Assembly: GCA_965112155.1 (NCBI GenBank)
Contig: OZ218101.1
Source of the DNA: Podarcis liolepis
Lineage: Eukaryota
Strand: one strand, 5' to 3'
DNA: 64,000 bases
Each line of letters opens with the position of its first letter. Position 1 is the first letter of the stretch. Below are positions 49,110 to 64,000 of the stretch, piece after piece. The position numbers and the translations under genes are program-made. The notes below the pieces were generated by a model that was not told where the DNA came from, did no database searches, and worked only from the letters and a program-made list of their open reading frames with translations.

Positions 49110-51634
49110 TGATAGTGATGAGAATGTAGTAATAATCACCCCCACCACACACACCCCTAGTTACACACTCCCTGGTATGCGCATCTTGCCTCCAAGGTGC
49201 AGTGCAGTCCCGCTTTACTCACTAGGACTCACTCCCATTTTAGCGTGCATCAGACTGCAGCTGTGGAGTTATATATATAACATGAGGATGGAGGAGGGGA
49301 AACAGAGAAAGGTGTGTGCCTGCGGGCCTTTCACCCCCCCCCCTTTCCCTCCAGCCCGCCCATGAAAAAGGGATTAGGCTTCTGCTTTGGGAAATCTCTC
49401 TTGTTGTGAGCGTATATGTGTCTACCTGGGCGAACGTTTCATTTCACCCCGGTATTGTAGCCTGAGATGATGCTCTCGCTGGTGGTCGTGATCCCTCTTG
49501 GTACTATAATTGAGGAAAACAACAAAATCGGATATGAATGGGCTTTGTGTTCCTCCCCACTGACAATCTGTGCCCTCGGATGCTGGTATCTATCAAAGGA
49601 AGTGTTGTTTCCACTACCCTTGTAAAACTCTGGAGCTAACAATGGGATCATCCTAACAGAATTAGCCAGTGGATAGGACCAGTCGCCTGACCCATTTTTG
49701 AGCCAAAGATGTGGCAAGATAAAAGTGCTGTGTTACAAATGGTCTGGTTTCTAATTATTTTCTAATTTATTTTTTAAAAATCATTGTTTCCATATTTCCT
49801 CTTTATACATCTTTACTAGTAAGAATTGAGAAAGGTTTTGGTTAAACCTCAGTGTGAGAATGTATACCCTGACATCTTATTTAAATACAAAGTGATCTTA
49901 TCCCCGGCAACTCCTAAATTTAAGATAGGCAGACTTCATAAGCCAATCTTGTCTCTTGGTGGAAATCCATAGTACATATCCTATGCTTGTGACATGCTCA
50001 GCTTTAGAAATACTACTAGACTGTCCTAGGTTTGGGTGTTGCCTGCCCAATTTGTTTTGTTTATCCCCAATCAAGATTGTTGAGTAGCTTGTGTTAAAGA
50101 CAAAATGTGATTGACTTGCACCAACCTCAGTTTGCTTCTTTCTTATCCAAATAAAACAAAAAGCCGCCTTTAACAACTTAACTACCCTGAGGACACTGTT
50201 GTGAAAATAATACTTGTTAAAGCTGCTGAGCTACTCTTCAGTCCTGATTTCTGTAGGAACACTGAAGTATTCACCTTTCAGCAGAGGAAATCTCCACACC
50301 ACAATATTTTTCTTGGTGAGATAGAAGGAACGTTTCAAACAATCAAAATTCCTTATTTGGCATTAAGATTTATTCAAATGAATGGGGTTCATTTCCAAGT
50401 AAACATGTATTGAGTTGGGCTGCCTGTTGAAAATATGTTCTATTTGAGATTTATTCTGTTTGTGCACATGGGGATATTATCTGAACATGAATCATGTGGA
50501 GGAAGTACTTTGAAAACTTAGGGTACATACATAAGTTTTTACAGTGGTGAATGTGACCATTTCTGCCCAAAAACACAATGTTGCTCTTGTTGGAATACAG
50601 TATATGTGTACTGCTGATTCATGTGCCACTTTTGCCACATACCGTAATTGGGGCCTGTTTTGAACCCATTACAGTTCAAAACAATTTTATCTACTGTGAT
50701 TTAATTAAATATGCCCATTTGACTGACACTGGGTGAATGCCAGTTAGTAGTATAATTGCTCAACTTTGATTTTCCTCTATCAACATCGTCTTAATGACAA
50801 TCTCTATCTAGATTGAATAAACTTTCCAATAAACAGCATGATTGACTTCAGCCTGGTAGCACAGGTTTGTGGCAATTAAGTTTTATTCATGGCTTTGAGT
50901 CTGTGGCTGGTGGTCCTTAGGTATCCCAATATCTTTGATTTAATCTTTTTAACTTTCTGCCTAAGCCACTGGGGAGCTTATTTTTTTGACTCTCTACTTT
51001 TTGAGCTCGGATTATCTCTGCTACTAGTTTCATCTAAATGGTAACATTTTTGTTTCTTTTCTTTTCTTCTCTTCCTGTTAGTGTTTTGTCATTCAGTTTT
51101 TACTATCTTCTAAATATAAAGTGCCTTTTGCAAACCTTATTATTTATGGGTGTTCTAACTGTGACTTCCCATTCTTTCTCCTTTTTCTGTACACCAACTT
51201 CTTCTGTATTAATACGGTAAGCTCTGGCTGCCTCCAGCCTTCATCTGTGTGCTCATATCTTCTTAACCACCTGCTGCTTTGCGCAAATGCTTCTTTCTTG
51301 AGCACTCCCTTTAATTGTCTTCATAAGCTCCAGACCATGCTCCAGGCTTTCACTTGGTTCTCACTCTTACTTTCTTCTAAAGAACACATTGCAAACTAAG
51401 ATAATCCATAAAATAGCCACGCTCCTGAGTCATCTTGCTGTCCTGTTTATACTGTGATTGTTTGTAAGTTCTTTGCTACTGGTAATACTGTGGGTGAGTT
51501 CAGATGCAGCAAAACCATGGCATTAAGAGAATGTCTCTCATCAATCCTTGGGACTCTTATGCTCCCTCTTCCAGTGCAATTGCAAGGAGATTGGAAGCAT
51601 CTACTTCCATTTTATTTTAGCTACAGTTTAGCTG

Positions 51635-51884
51635 CAGTCGTACCTTGGTTGTTGAACACCATGGTACTGTGCTCGTACGTTTCGGCTCCCAAATGATCGA
51701 AACCCGGAAATGAGTGTTCCAGTTTTTGAACTTTTTTTGGAAGCCAAACTTCCGATGTAGCTTCTGCTATTGTTTCCGGCGCGCCTGCGCAATCAGAAGC
51801 CAACCGGAAGCCTTGGTTTCCAAATGTTTCGGAAGTCCAATGGACTTCTGGAACACATTCTGTTCAAAAAGCAAGGTACAACTG
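51635..51884. mobile_element. Tc1/mariner-type MITE in CLDND1 intron 1
   Basis: CAGTCGTACCTTG...CAAGGTACAACTG|TA. Confidence 0.7.
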
Positions 51885-53373
51885 TATTTGGAACAGGCCA
51901 GCTTCATAAACTGTGATTTGAAGTTGCTTTGTTTCTGCTACAGTTTGTGAAGGGACTGGACAGCACAAGAAGCTGTGTTTAAACTAAAACAGAAGCTGAA
52001 GCTTCTGTACTTAACTCCTCCTCATGACAAGGCCAAAGGGAGGGAGCTTAGGAGTCTGAGACCCCCTGATGCATTCTCTTAATACAAAAATGAATGCTAA
52101 AATACGTTTGAATAAAAACTAAGGAAACAACTGTGACCGAGGAAATTGCAACACTGACATCTTTGAAAGGAAGTTTAGATACTTGAGCAAAATGAGTAAA
52201 TTTAATAGTGTGTGTTTTTACAGAGACACTCCACATTTTTGTGTGTTCTATGTCCATATGAGCTGTGAGCATGGACATTACTGGTTCAAATCTCACCTGC
52301 CAAAAAGACAGTAGGTAGCTTTTGCAAGCCTTTGTTTATTCCCCTCATCTACAAATTAGGGAGATAATACTGTCATAAGGAGGTAATGGAATTGTGTTCA
52401 GCCTTCTGAAGTACTACACAAATGTTATATTGTATTATTTTGTTGGTTTCCACTTCCATATTTCAATAAATAATTATCATATCCTCAGTTTATCATGGTC
52501 ACAGCCACCAACTGGAATGCGACGTATTTCATTGTACAATATTTTTAAAGTTGTTATTTTACTATTAAAGTCGGTCTTATGAAGCTTTACAGGGAAGAAC
52601 AGAAAATGTAACTGATTACATGTATAGACCAGTCTGCTTGCATCTTCCTCTGTCTTAGGATGGGTGGCTTAACGGATGGGTCTGTTTAGAAAATCACTTG
52701 TATACTTGTATTGACTGCTTTTTCTACATGCATGTTCTTCCAAATCTCTTAAGCCCTGCCTCCATTTCCATACATCAAGTTCAAGATGCACAACATAATA
52801 TTATAGGAGTAACAGTTTGCAGCTCAGTGGTACCTGATTTGAGCAGACAGAATTAATATGCAATAATGTACGTGTGTGTGTGTTTATTTTAATGATTTTC
52901 ACCTTACTCACGAGACTCCAAGGCCACCAGAATGGCTTGCAAAGATCAATGATAAAAGAGTCTTTCAGGTTTATAATCTGAAACATGACACAAAAGGAAA
53001 AAGAATAGAAAGGGAGGAGGAAAAAGCCAGACTCTTTTTTTGTTTGTTTTGGGAGTCTTTGGTTTTGGGTGTCCCTGAGTTCTTGTAGTGATCATCTGGA
53101 ATGGAACCATGCTAATCATTTTGCTTTCTGGTTCAGTCCTTTTTTATGTTCAACCCAGCTACAGTTCAATGAGTAGAATTTTACAGGAGAGGATGTTCTG
53201 AAGTTGCTTTAATTGCTAAATTGAACAGATGTTGCAAGTAAGCAATGAAACGAACAGCTGGCGTACGCATGTGAAAGAGGTTGGCTAGAGCCAGAAAAAC
53301 ACGTGTCTTCCTAACTCAGTTAAATTTCATGTTTGGAAACTTTCTGCTTTTTACTCTTTTCGATTGCAGTTGA

Positions 53374-55977
<2,604 letters not shown>

Positions 55978-56757
55978 CGGGATATTTTCATTGCTTCCCA
56001 TGTCTGTCTTTTCCCCGTTTTAATACTTCGTTTTTGCCCCCCTTACCCCCTGGCTCTTCCTTTTTATTTTATTTTAATTTTGTTCCACAAAATGCATGAA
56101 GTGAAATGGCCTGGGGGGTTTTAAAATTAAAAGACCTTAGAGGCCAATTACCAGGAATAGCACTTTCTTGCCAGAAATCTGCAGGGTTTTAACAAGTTTC
56201 TTATCTGTTTGCGTTTGTTTTTTAACTATAAATTTTATGACATGTCTTTGTTATTCCCAGTGCAGTACATTTTTTCACATCTAAACCTGATATTCAAAAA
56301 CAATTAACAGGGTAGTGTAAGTAGGAGAAGGAAGATTTTAATGACACTAATTTTGGCAGTACTGTATGTGTGTTATGATCCACTAGGAAATAAACCAGTG
56401 CAACCTCTTTCATAAATGTAGCAATAGAACTTTGTTCTAGATTGTGATATACTCTTTCCCCTCTCACTCTTACGCCCACCGCTGTATCCCTTTCAACCTT
56501 TTTGGCTTGATTGTTGTAAAAAGGTTGGTAGCCATGAGCTAAATTAAGTGAAATGATGTCAACATTTGTTTTTTCCATTTACCCTCCTCTCTCCTTGTAG
56601 TAGGAGCTTCTATTACAAGGTGTACCTTCTAATTTGACTAATGTAAGCGTGTATATAAATCTGAATTTTAAAACCCTTTATTTATGCAATGCAATTCCTT
56701 ATTGGATTTTTGTATAAGTATTATTCATGTCGCCTAAACTAAAACTTTTGTTTAAAA

Positions 56758-56763
56758 AATAAA
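56758..56763 (+). terminator. Probable CLDND1 polyadenylation signal
   Basis: AATAAA about 780 nt after the stop codon, at the end of an AU-rich 3'UTR. Confidence 0.55.
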
Positions 56764-58999
56764 TCTGAGCAAAGCTCGTGGAATTTTACTGGATTTGTAT
56801 GCAGCCGGTGAGACAGAAAAATGCATGGAGTACAACTGAAGCTCAGTTTCCACTAAGAGAATCTTGACATGGACTTCTGTCCAAATTTCTATTTTTATGC
56901 ATGTTTAAAAACATTATGGGATGGGGAGTAAGGATATGTGGAAGGGAAGAGGAAAAGTTTGTTGGTCTCATTTCAAACTGATACCAATATTAAACAGATG
57001 TGGTACACATTTTTTAAGGGAGCCGCACAGTGGTTCTAACTCAAATTTGTCCAATTGTGTGTTGTGGTCCTTGCAAATAAATAGGTAATAATTAGATCCG
57101 CTGGGAAGAAACAGTGGGCCAACCTTGTAGGTCCAATCTAGATTATGCTATTTGTTTGTACGCAGAATACATTTCTCTATGTATGCATCAAGGGATTTTT
57201 AAAGATAACCTTTACAAAACATTGGGGAGTGAAAGGGACCTATGGAATTACACCTGTGACATGAATGGTGGTAGGGATACTGGCCAGTAGGCTTCTATGA
57301 CATTCCCACTGGCACCTTTCAGATTACGCTTGACTTGGCAGTAATAGCACAGGGAAGAGGGTTTGGGGGATAGCATTGCAATCTTGAGGACTGGGGGAAT
57401 GTGCTATTCCCACAATGAACAGAGAAGTAACACTTGAGCCATGGGAATCTAGATTGCCCACAACATACGAGTAACCAAAGAACTTGCATGTTTATGTGAT
57501 CAGACAAGTATTCCATGAGGCTCAAAACTGGCTTGTCTTAAAAACCAACATGCGTGCAGCTAGCTTGCAACTTATGCTTATTTTACTTATGTGATCACAG
57601 CTTTGCACAGGTGGGAGGAAATAAGTAAGTAAATGGAGAGAGTCATCCTCCCCACCTGCTCAAAGCTGCAATCACGGGTTTGGGAAGGCAGTGCAAGGGC
57701 TCTGGCAACATCCTGGAGCCCTCAAGCCTCCTTCCTGTAGCTGGACAAAAACTTACCAGGCTTTGGGAAGGAGGTTGGAGGACTCTGGGTTGCTGCCAAA
57801 GCCCTCCCACCACCTACCCAAAGCAGAGCAAGCAGCCCTTCACTTTGCAGGAGACTCGGCTTCAGGGGTTCCTGGTTTTACGTCTTTTTGCGAATATTCT
57901 TGGACTCCTGGAACCTAGCCTTTATGAGTTGCCTATGTTGGGCAAATGCTGTGTTTCTCTACCTTATTGAATGAATCATTTGAATTGCTTTACATATCTA
58001 TTTCAATAGAACACGGAGAACAGGAATGGCAGCTTGTTCAACAAAAGAAGTCACCCCAGAAATGTATCACTTCATAAGTCTGCATTTCATTTCCTAGTCT
58101 TTGCATTGTTAACATGCAGCTTAAATGGATACTGCAAGTCCTCAGCCATCAACCCTACGCTTTCCGTGTGATATGAGAATCTTGTCTCTGCCCTGTGTTC
58201 ATACTTTCTCATATAGCCAAGGAAAGGAACCTGCACAATCTCTGTTTGCCCAACGTGATATTTTAGTAGCCCCCTGTGCAGCACACACACACACAAAACA
58301 CTTTTCAAAAAAGGGAGGGGGGTTCAAAATTGGTTTGTAACATGGTGTGTAGGACTTGTGGTTCAAAGAAAATATGTAAAATTTATACCAGGCATCCCTA
58401 AGCCTTTGAATTCACTAAAATGGCCCTTTGAAGCCCACACTTGAACAGGAAATATTTCTGAGCAGTCACATTTGATAATGTTAACCTACCCCTCACCCCT
58501 TCAGCTGAGCCCAGTACTTGATCTTCCCAACAAACTACCCAAAGCCTTGTCACCTCTTGAGAGTCATAAGAATTATATATTTAAAAAATCAGCATTACAA
58601 AACAGAACAGGAGTCAGTTTTGAGGAGACCGTCAACATATTTATGGAAAAGTTTGTGAAAGCCTAAGGGCCGGATACTTCTTTATTTCATTTTAATGGCA
58701 GATCAGTTCCTCTGGAGCAGCATGTGTCTGAAACTAGAGGACCTCGCCATCTAATTGTGTGCTGCCTTTCCATAGTTGACCATGCTCAAGGCAGTTTACA
58801 ACATGAAAATAGTTGCATAATTACAGAAATATAACAAATGTCGCAAGCAATAAATAAGAGAATATAATAAATAGGCAACAATATTTTGGTATTTTACCAA
58901 ATAAAGAAAAGTTCAAGATAATAAACTTAAGTCTTGGAAGGCTTCTAGGATGGCTGACTGATAATGATAATAAAATGCTGATGCCTATGAAGAAGCACT

Positions 59000-59361
59000 T
59001 GGGATGTGGGTGGCACTGTGGGTAAAACCTCAGTGCCTAGGACTTGCCGATCGCATGGTCGGTGGTTCGAATCCCCGCGGCGGGGTGAGCTCCCGTTGTT
59101 CGGTCCCAGCTCCTGCCCACCTAGCAGTTCAAAAGCACCCCCAAGTGCAAGTAGATAAATAGGTACCGCTTTATAGCGGGAAGGTAATGGTGTTTCCGTG
59201 CGCTGCGCTGGTGCTGGCTCGCCAGAGCAGCTTCGTCACGCTGGCCACGTGACCCGGAAGTGTCCTCGGACAGCGCTGGCTCCCGGCCTCTTAAGCAAGA
59301 TGAGCACGCAACCCCAGAGTCGGACACGACTGGCCCGTACGGGCAGGGGTACCTTTACCTT
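59000..59361 (+). mobile_element. Sauria SINE, full length, young
   Basis: CpG-rich; tail ACCTTTACCTTT; 12-bp TSD TATGAAGAAGCA (58986-58997 and 59362-59373). Confidence 0.9.
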
Positions 59362-62231
59362 TATGAAGAAGCAAGGTGTCAAGCCAGGACAATGTCAAGC
59401 ACATTGAAAACCGCATGATCCAATCACAAACATATACTCTTGATCTTTGGAAAGCCAGGATGGGTGGGGATGGCTTGAGGTAAAAAGTGAAACATTGCTG
59501 CTATTATAATGACTTAATCTGTGTTGTAAGCAGCAAAACACTGAGAAGGGTGTGTATGTTGTGGTTGCTGTTTCAGTATTGGAAATTGGCCTCAAGCGGT
59601 AGAAACAGTGCATAATTTATTGGTTTCAATCCAGCTAAAATTAGTTGTGACTAATGGTGCACTTCCACGCATGCTTACTTAGAAGTCCTATTGTGTTAAA
59701 TGGAGCCTGGGCAACAGGCTGCTATGGGAAGATGTGCCCTTTCGGATATTTGGATCCCAATACCTATTCAAGTGCTCCCTGATAGAAGATCTAAGTCCGA
59801 GAGTGTATTTCATAGCCCAAACTGATGCTGCACCCATGGAAAGCATACAATTCCCTCTTTAATATTGGATTTAATTTTAGAGGCTGATACAACTGACTGT
59901 AAATGAAATAGTACTATTTGATGATAAATATAGAAGGTCTGACTAAAGCAGTATGGGCCTTACTTCTGTGAAGACCATTTTTCATTCCCATCTGTTTTAT
60001 TCATTTATTCTCTTATTTTATCACTTCTTTCCTATGGTGAAAGACTGTTGAAGATACCTGAATTTAGTTTTATGAGGGGAGTGACTGAAAAGAGATTATA
60101 CCTTAATTGCTGTAAACTGAGTTGCTCTAATACAGTAGTTGTTTTGGTTTTTTTAAGATACCCTCATTCTGTCACCCCTGTATCTCACACATGGTACCTC
60201 TAGCTAGTACTTTATCTGTCCTCTTAATGCAGCTGATGAAGTAATCTGTTTCCACCCAAATCCCCTGTCACGAAATGGTTGCTTGTCTTTAGATATTGCA
60301 ACTGTCATCTTCCTGCACAAATACTGCTACTCTTTTGTGTTATGAAGCATGTTATTGGAGACTGGAGAGACCTAAGATGATATCCACCCTTAGCTATGCT
60401 CTAAATAGACCCACTAAAACCAGTGGGTCTACTCTTAGAATCATAGAATTGTAGGGACCACCAACTCCCTACAATGCAGGAATCTTTTGCCCAACATTGG
60501 GCTTGAACACATGGCCCTGATATTAAATGCTCAATGTGCTTTAAAAGTATAGTGTTTACGCAGGCTTAGTTGAATATCGCTCCTACTGTTTATCCCAATT
60601 TTGTTCAAATGATGTTACTGATTATATCGTTTGTGAAGAGGAGAGGGCTGGTTCACGGCTCTGTTGTTTTTTTAATGTACGTATAGAAACCACCAGAAAA
60701 CATCTGCAGGGGTTGTACATCAGCTACAAACATAAAAGGAAGTCGTTAAGTGAGTAATATTTAAACACAACACCTTTCTTTGTTGACAGAAAGCCTGCCT
60801 TGAGCTCTTTGAAGGGCTCAGTGGAAGTGGAAAAAAAGATGGAAGATGCATCTCTATCTTGCTTCTAGAGTTGTATCTGAGCTGAAAGGCCTTTTGATAG
60901 AAATTCCATTCGTTCTGTAGTTTTGGAAATATTGCGGTCTATTTTGTAGACCATACGTAAGTCTCACTATGTAATGTTTGATATATATACAGTTTTTAGC
61001 AAGAGTGTTCAAGTGTTCACAACATTTATATAATGCACCAGATAAAACATTAAAAACTGAGGGCTGCATCCAACTTTAGCCCCACCTACACCAAACATTT
61101 AAAGAACTATTCTACCACTGTGAACCGTCATGGCTTTCCCCAAAGAATCCTGGGGTCTGTATTTTGTTCAAGGTGCTAAGAGTTGTTAGGAGATTCATGT
61201 TTCCCCTCACAGAGCTACAATTGCCAGTGTTCCCAGAAAAGATGAATTGTTTGTTAAACCATTCTTTCAAGATCACCCTAATGTCATTTTATTTGTACTC
61301 CAGCAAGAGGCTTCATTTCACTATAAAGGTCTCTTGTTGTGTGTAGTCCTTTCTGTTTCCAGTCTTTGCATTGTGTTTCTCTAGTACTGCTATAGAAATT
61401 CTGTTGTGTTACAGCAAATTTGAGATCCCAATCCTCTCATATGTGCTGAAACACTGCTAAAGAATCCTGTGTCCTAAACATGTGGTGGAATGTCACATTT
61501 TCTGCTAGTTCTTAATCCTCTGGTTATATAAATATTGCAATTGCATATGTATTGCATGAGTTTCAGTTTCCCCAAGTATGTTTATCTCATCTTAAAAAAA
61601 CCAAAAATCCTGGAATGGAGAGAGTTCATGTCTCCCTCAACATTTCCAATGCTTCCAAAAGTTATCAAGGAAGGAAAGAGAGATATAAGAGAAGTAGAAT
61701 TGTAGAAGTAGAAGTAAAAATCCAACCTCTGGTCTGTGCTACACTCTTTATTGCTGTTTTCCACTAGGTGGAAGCAGTGGTTCCCTGTCTGAAACCAATG
61801 GGCTAGAATATTTCAGCGCTTCTCCAAAATAACTTTAGCAACATTATAAACGTTGGCCTAACTACATAAGACGTGGGATGGAGGCTGTTGGCAACTGAGG
61901 GATATTGTTTTGTTTTTTTAAGAGGTTTGTCACAGTAGGCTAAGACTAGTCTTCACAGAATTCAATTTCATCAGTGTTGTTTACTCCCGTGGCTCTGTTG
62001 GTATATGAGTTTCAGACAAGGAAAACACTATGGCCCCTGAAACTAGAGATGAGGAATTTGTGGCCTTCCAGGTTATGCTAGACTCCAGCTCCTATGAGCC
62101 CCAGCTAGCATGGGCAATGATAATGGGAACTGTAGTCAACAACATATTGAGGGCCACAGGTTGCAAATGCCTGTCTTAAGACCTGCACTGTTTGAAATTA
62201 AAGGTTTAGTTGACACCTAAATATATTAGCT

Positions 62232-62435
62232 AAACGGCATTTCCATGCGCGCTGGCACTCGTCACAGTGTCCCGTTGCGCCAGAAGCGGTTTAGTCATGC
62301 TGGCCACATGACCCGGAAAGCTGTCTGTGGACAAACATTGGCTCCCTCGACCTGAAGGGAGATGGGCGCCACACCCCATAGTCACCTTTGACTGGACTTA
62401 ACCATCCAGGAGTCCTTTACCTTTACTTTTACCTT
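62232..62435 (+). mobile_element. Sauria SINE, 5'-truncated
   Basis: Reverse complement of the 3' half of 2842-3221; tail TTTACCTTTACTTTTACCTT. Confidence 0.8.
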
Positions 62436-64000
62436 AGTAGCTTAAGTATTTATAATTAAAGAATCCTGGCTTTTTAAAAGTACCTAGGACTCAGCTATAC
62501 AGCTGCAAATAAAACGTTTTAGTGTGTTTTAAGTGCAATACACAATGTGACACTAGATGGCGATGGTTTATGGAAAATTTGATGTATTTTTAAAAACGCT
62601 TTTTAAAAAAGCATTTTCAGAATGCTTTTTATATGTGTGTAGATTCCGCCCTCGTTTCACTTATGCGTTGTTTGGCAGCTGGAAAGCTGCCCTTTCTCCT
62701 GCCCACCTCTGTCTCCCTTGTAATTGAGAGAATGACTATTATTCTTTCACTGCTGTCCTGTGAAGGCTGTGCTGGTGAAGAGACAGCGAAGCTTTGACAG
62801 ACTGTGGTAAGGTGAGTAGCAGGAGTTATTGTGGCATGGAAAATACTGGTTTAGGTCACTTCCAGCCAGGCAACCTGCTTATTGAGCATTCACCCTGATT
62901 CGTTTGCACAAGGTTTGTGTGGAGGTTACATGACGTCATTTATTTATTGAGCATTCACTGTGGTTTGTTTGTGCGGTGGTTCTACCACATCACATCAAGC
63001 ATTTCTATTGCATTTTTCCATCACTTTTGTTTCAGCAAAAAGGCCAATCTTTTTTTATTGTGCTAATCTACTTTAACTGTGCAACCTGAATTTGTTGGAA
63101 TGCGACTGATTCCCACTTGCAAAATAGCAACAATCTGGAAGCACCCTGTGTGCTGTTTATATTGAAACTCTTTGGAGTTTACTTTCTTTCAGCAGCCAAA
63201 TCCTGGAAGGACAACACTCCATGAATATTCTGCTTTCTTGGTAATTTTTTCTAAGAAAGAGAGCTCATTTTCTTTTGGAGATGGAGAAGTTAGGGCTGAA
63301 GTGTTCTAATCTGGCTGCGGCTTTTTGTTTCTAAAGTGATGATAATCCAAGTACGTGTGATTAAAATATTGGAAGGGGAAGAAAAAATGTAAGTATTTGA
63401 GTCTTATATTTTTGGTAACAGGATATCTGATCCACAATTTCTTCAGTACACTTCTATAGTAAAATGCCATTGTCCGCTTTTCCTTTATTTAGGAAAGTGG
63501 AGGAACCCACAGCAGAGATGCAAGGCAAAACTAATTCACCCCATCTTGCATGGGAAATTGAGCGGTTGTATGGAGCTCTTTCTGCCACTCCATCACTCAG
63601 ACTGGAACTGACTGCTCCTCGCCCCACCCGGCTTGGCATACTCCATCCATTTCAATTGCATTTTTCCCTGGTTTTCCCTGTTCCAGCTTCCTTCTCTTCC
63701 CTGGGTTCCTCCCACACTGCAGGTCATTGCAAGCCTTTCAATCCACTCCCCTTTTCTCCTCCTTCCCTCTTTCACACAGACAGACAAACAAACAAACAAA
63801 CAAACACATGATGTACATATAATTGCCAGAGGGATAGTCTAAAGAACAAGTAAGTGCATGAAATTAGTCTGGGGACCACGAGTTCCTATCTGCCTTCCAG
63901 GCAGAATTGTACAACACGCATAGAGAGAGAGAGAGAGAGCGCATGACATATATAACTCAATGGAGCTGTGCAACACCCCACCCCACCCCCAAACTTCTCT

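Noticed and set aside
48691-49365. 224-aa ORF at the CLDND1 promoter
   Set aside because: By-product of a GC-rich CpG island plus an (ATT)n(ACT)n microsatellite giving poly-I/poly-T; it runs through the exon 1 donor.
63464-63811. 115-aa ORF near the right edge
   Set aside because: No recognisable domain; ends in low-complexity pyrimidine and (AAAC)n sequence.

Overview
Eukaryotic, intron-rich vertebrate DNA, most likely from a squamate reptile (probably a lacertid lizard, inferred from Sauria SINEs, BovB, CR1 and hAT/Tc1-mariner MITEs). Five protein-coding genes can be assembled from splice signals and translation. (1) The 5' part of CFAP44/WDR52 (minus strand, 11 coding exons, continuing off the left edge). 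(2) ILDR1 (plus strand, 8 exons, 541 aa), head-to-head with CFAP44. (3) An intact apovitellenin-1/apoVLDL-II (APOV1) gene (plus strand, 110 aa), which the ORF track misses. (4) GPR15 (minus strand, single exon, 360 aa). (5) CLDND1 (plus strand, 4 coding exons), head-to-head with GPR15. Points worth a second look: the Cys-less lizard APOV1 with an antisense L1 and a fully paired 32-bp RNA hairpin in its 3' region; a likely U12-type intron next to a GC-AG intron and a candidate poison microexon/intronic poly(A) exon in CFAP44; a palindromic RFX X-box; an inverted MITE pair; and a spliced uORF whose stop overlaps the CLDND1 start. I did not find a wholly new multi-gene system. Gene identities rest on recalled homologous protein sequences, not on database searches.
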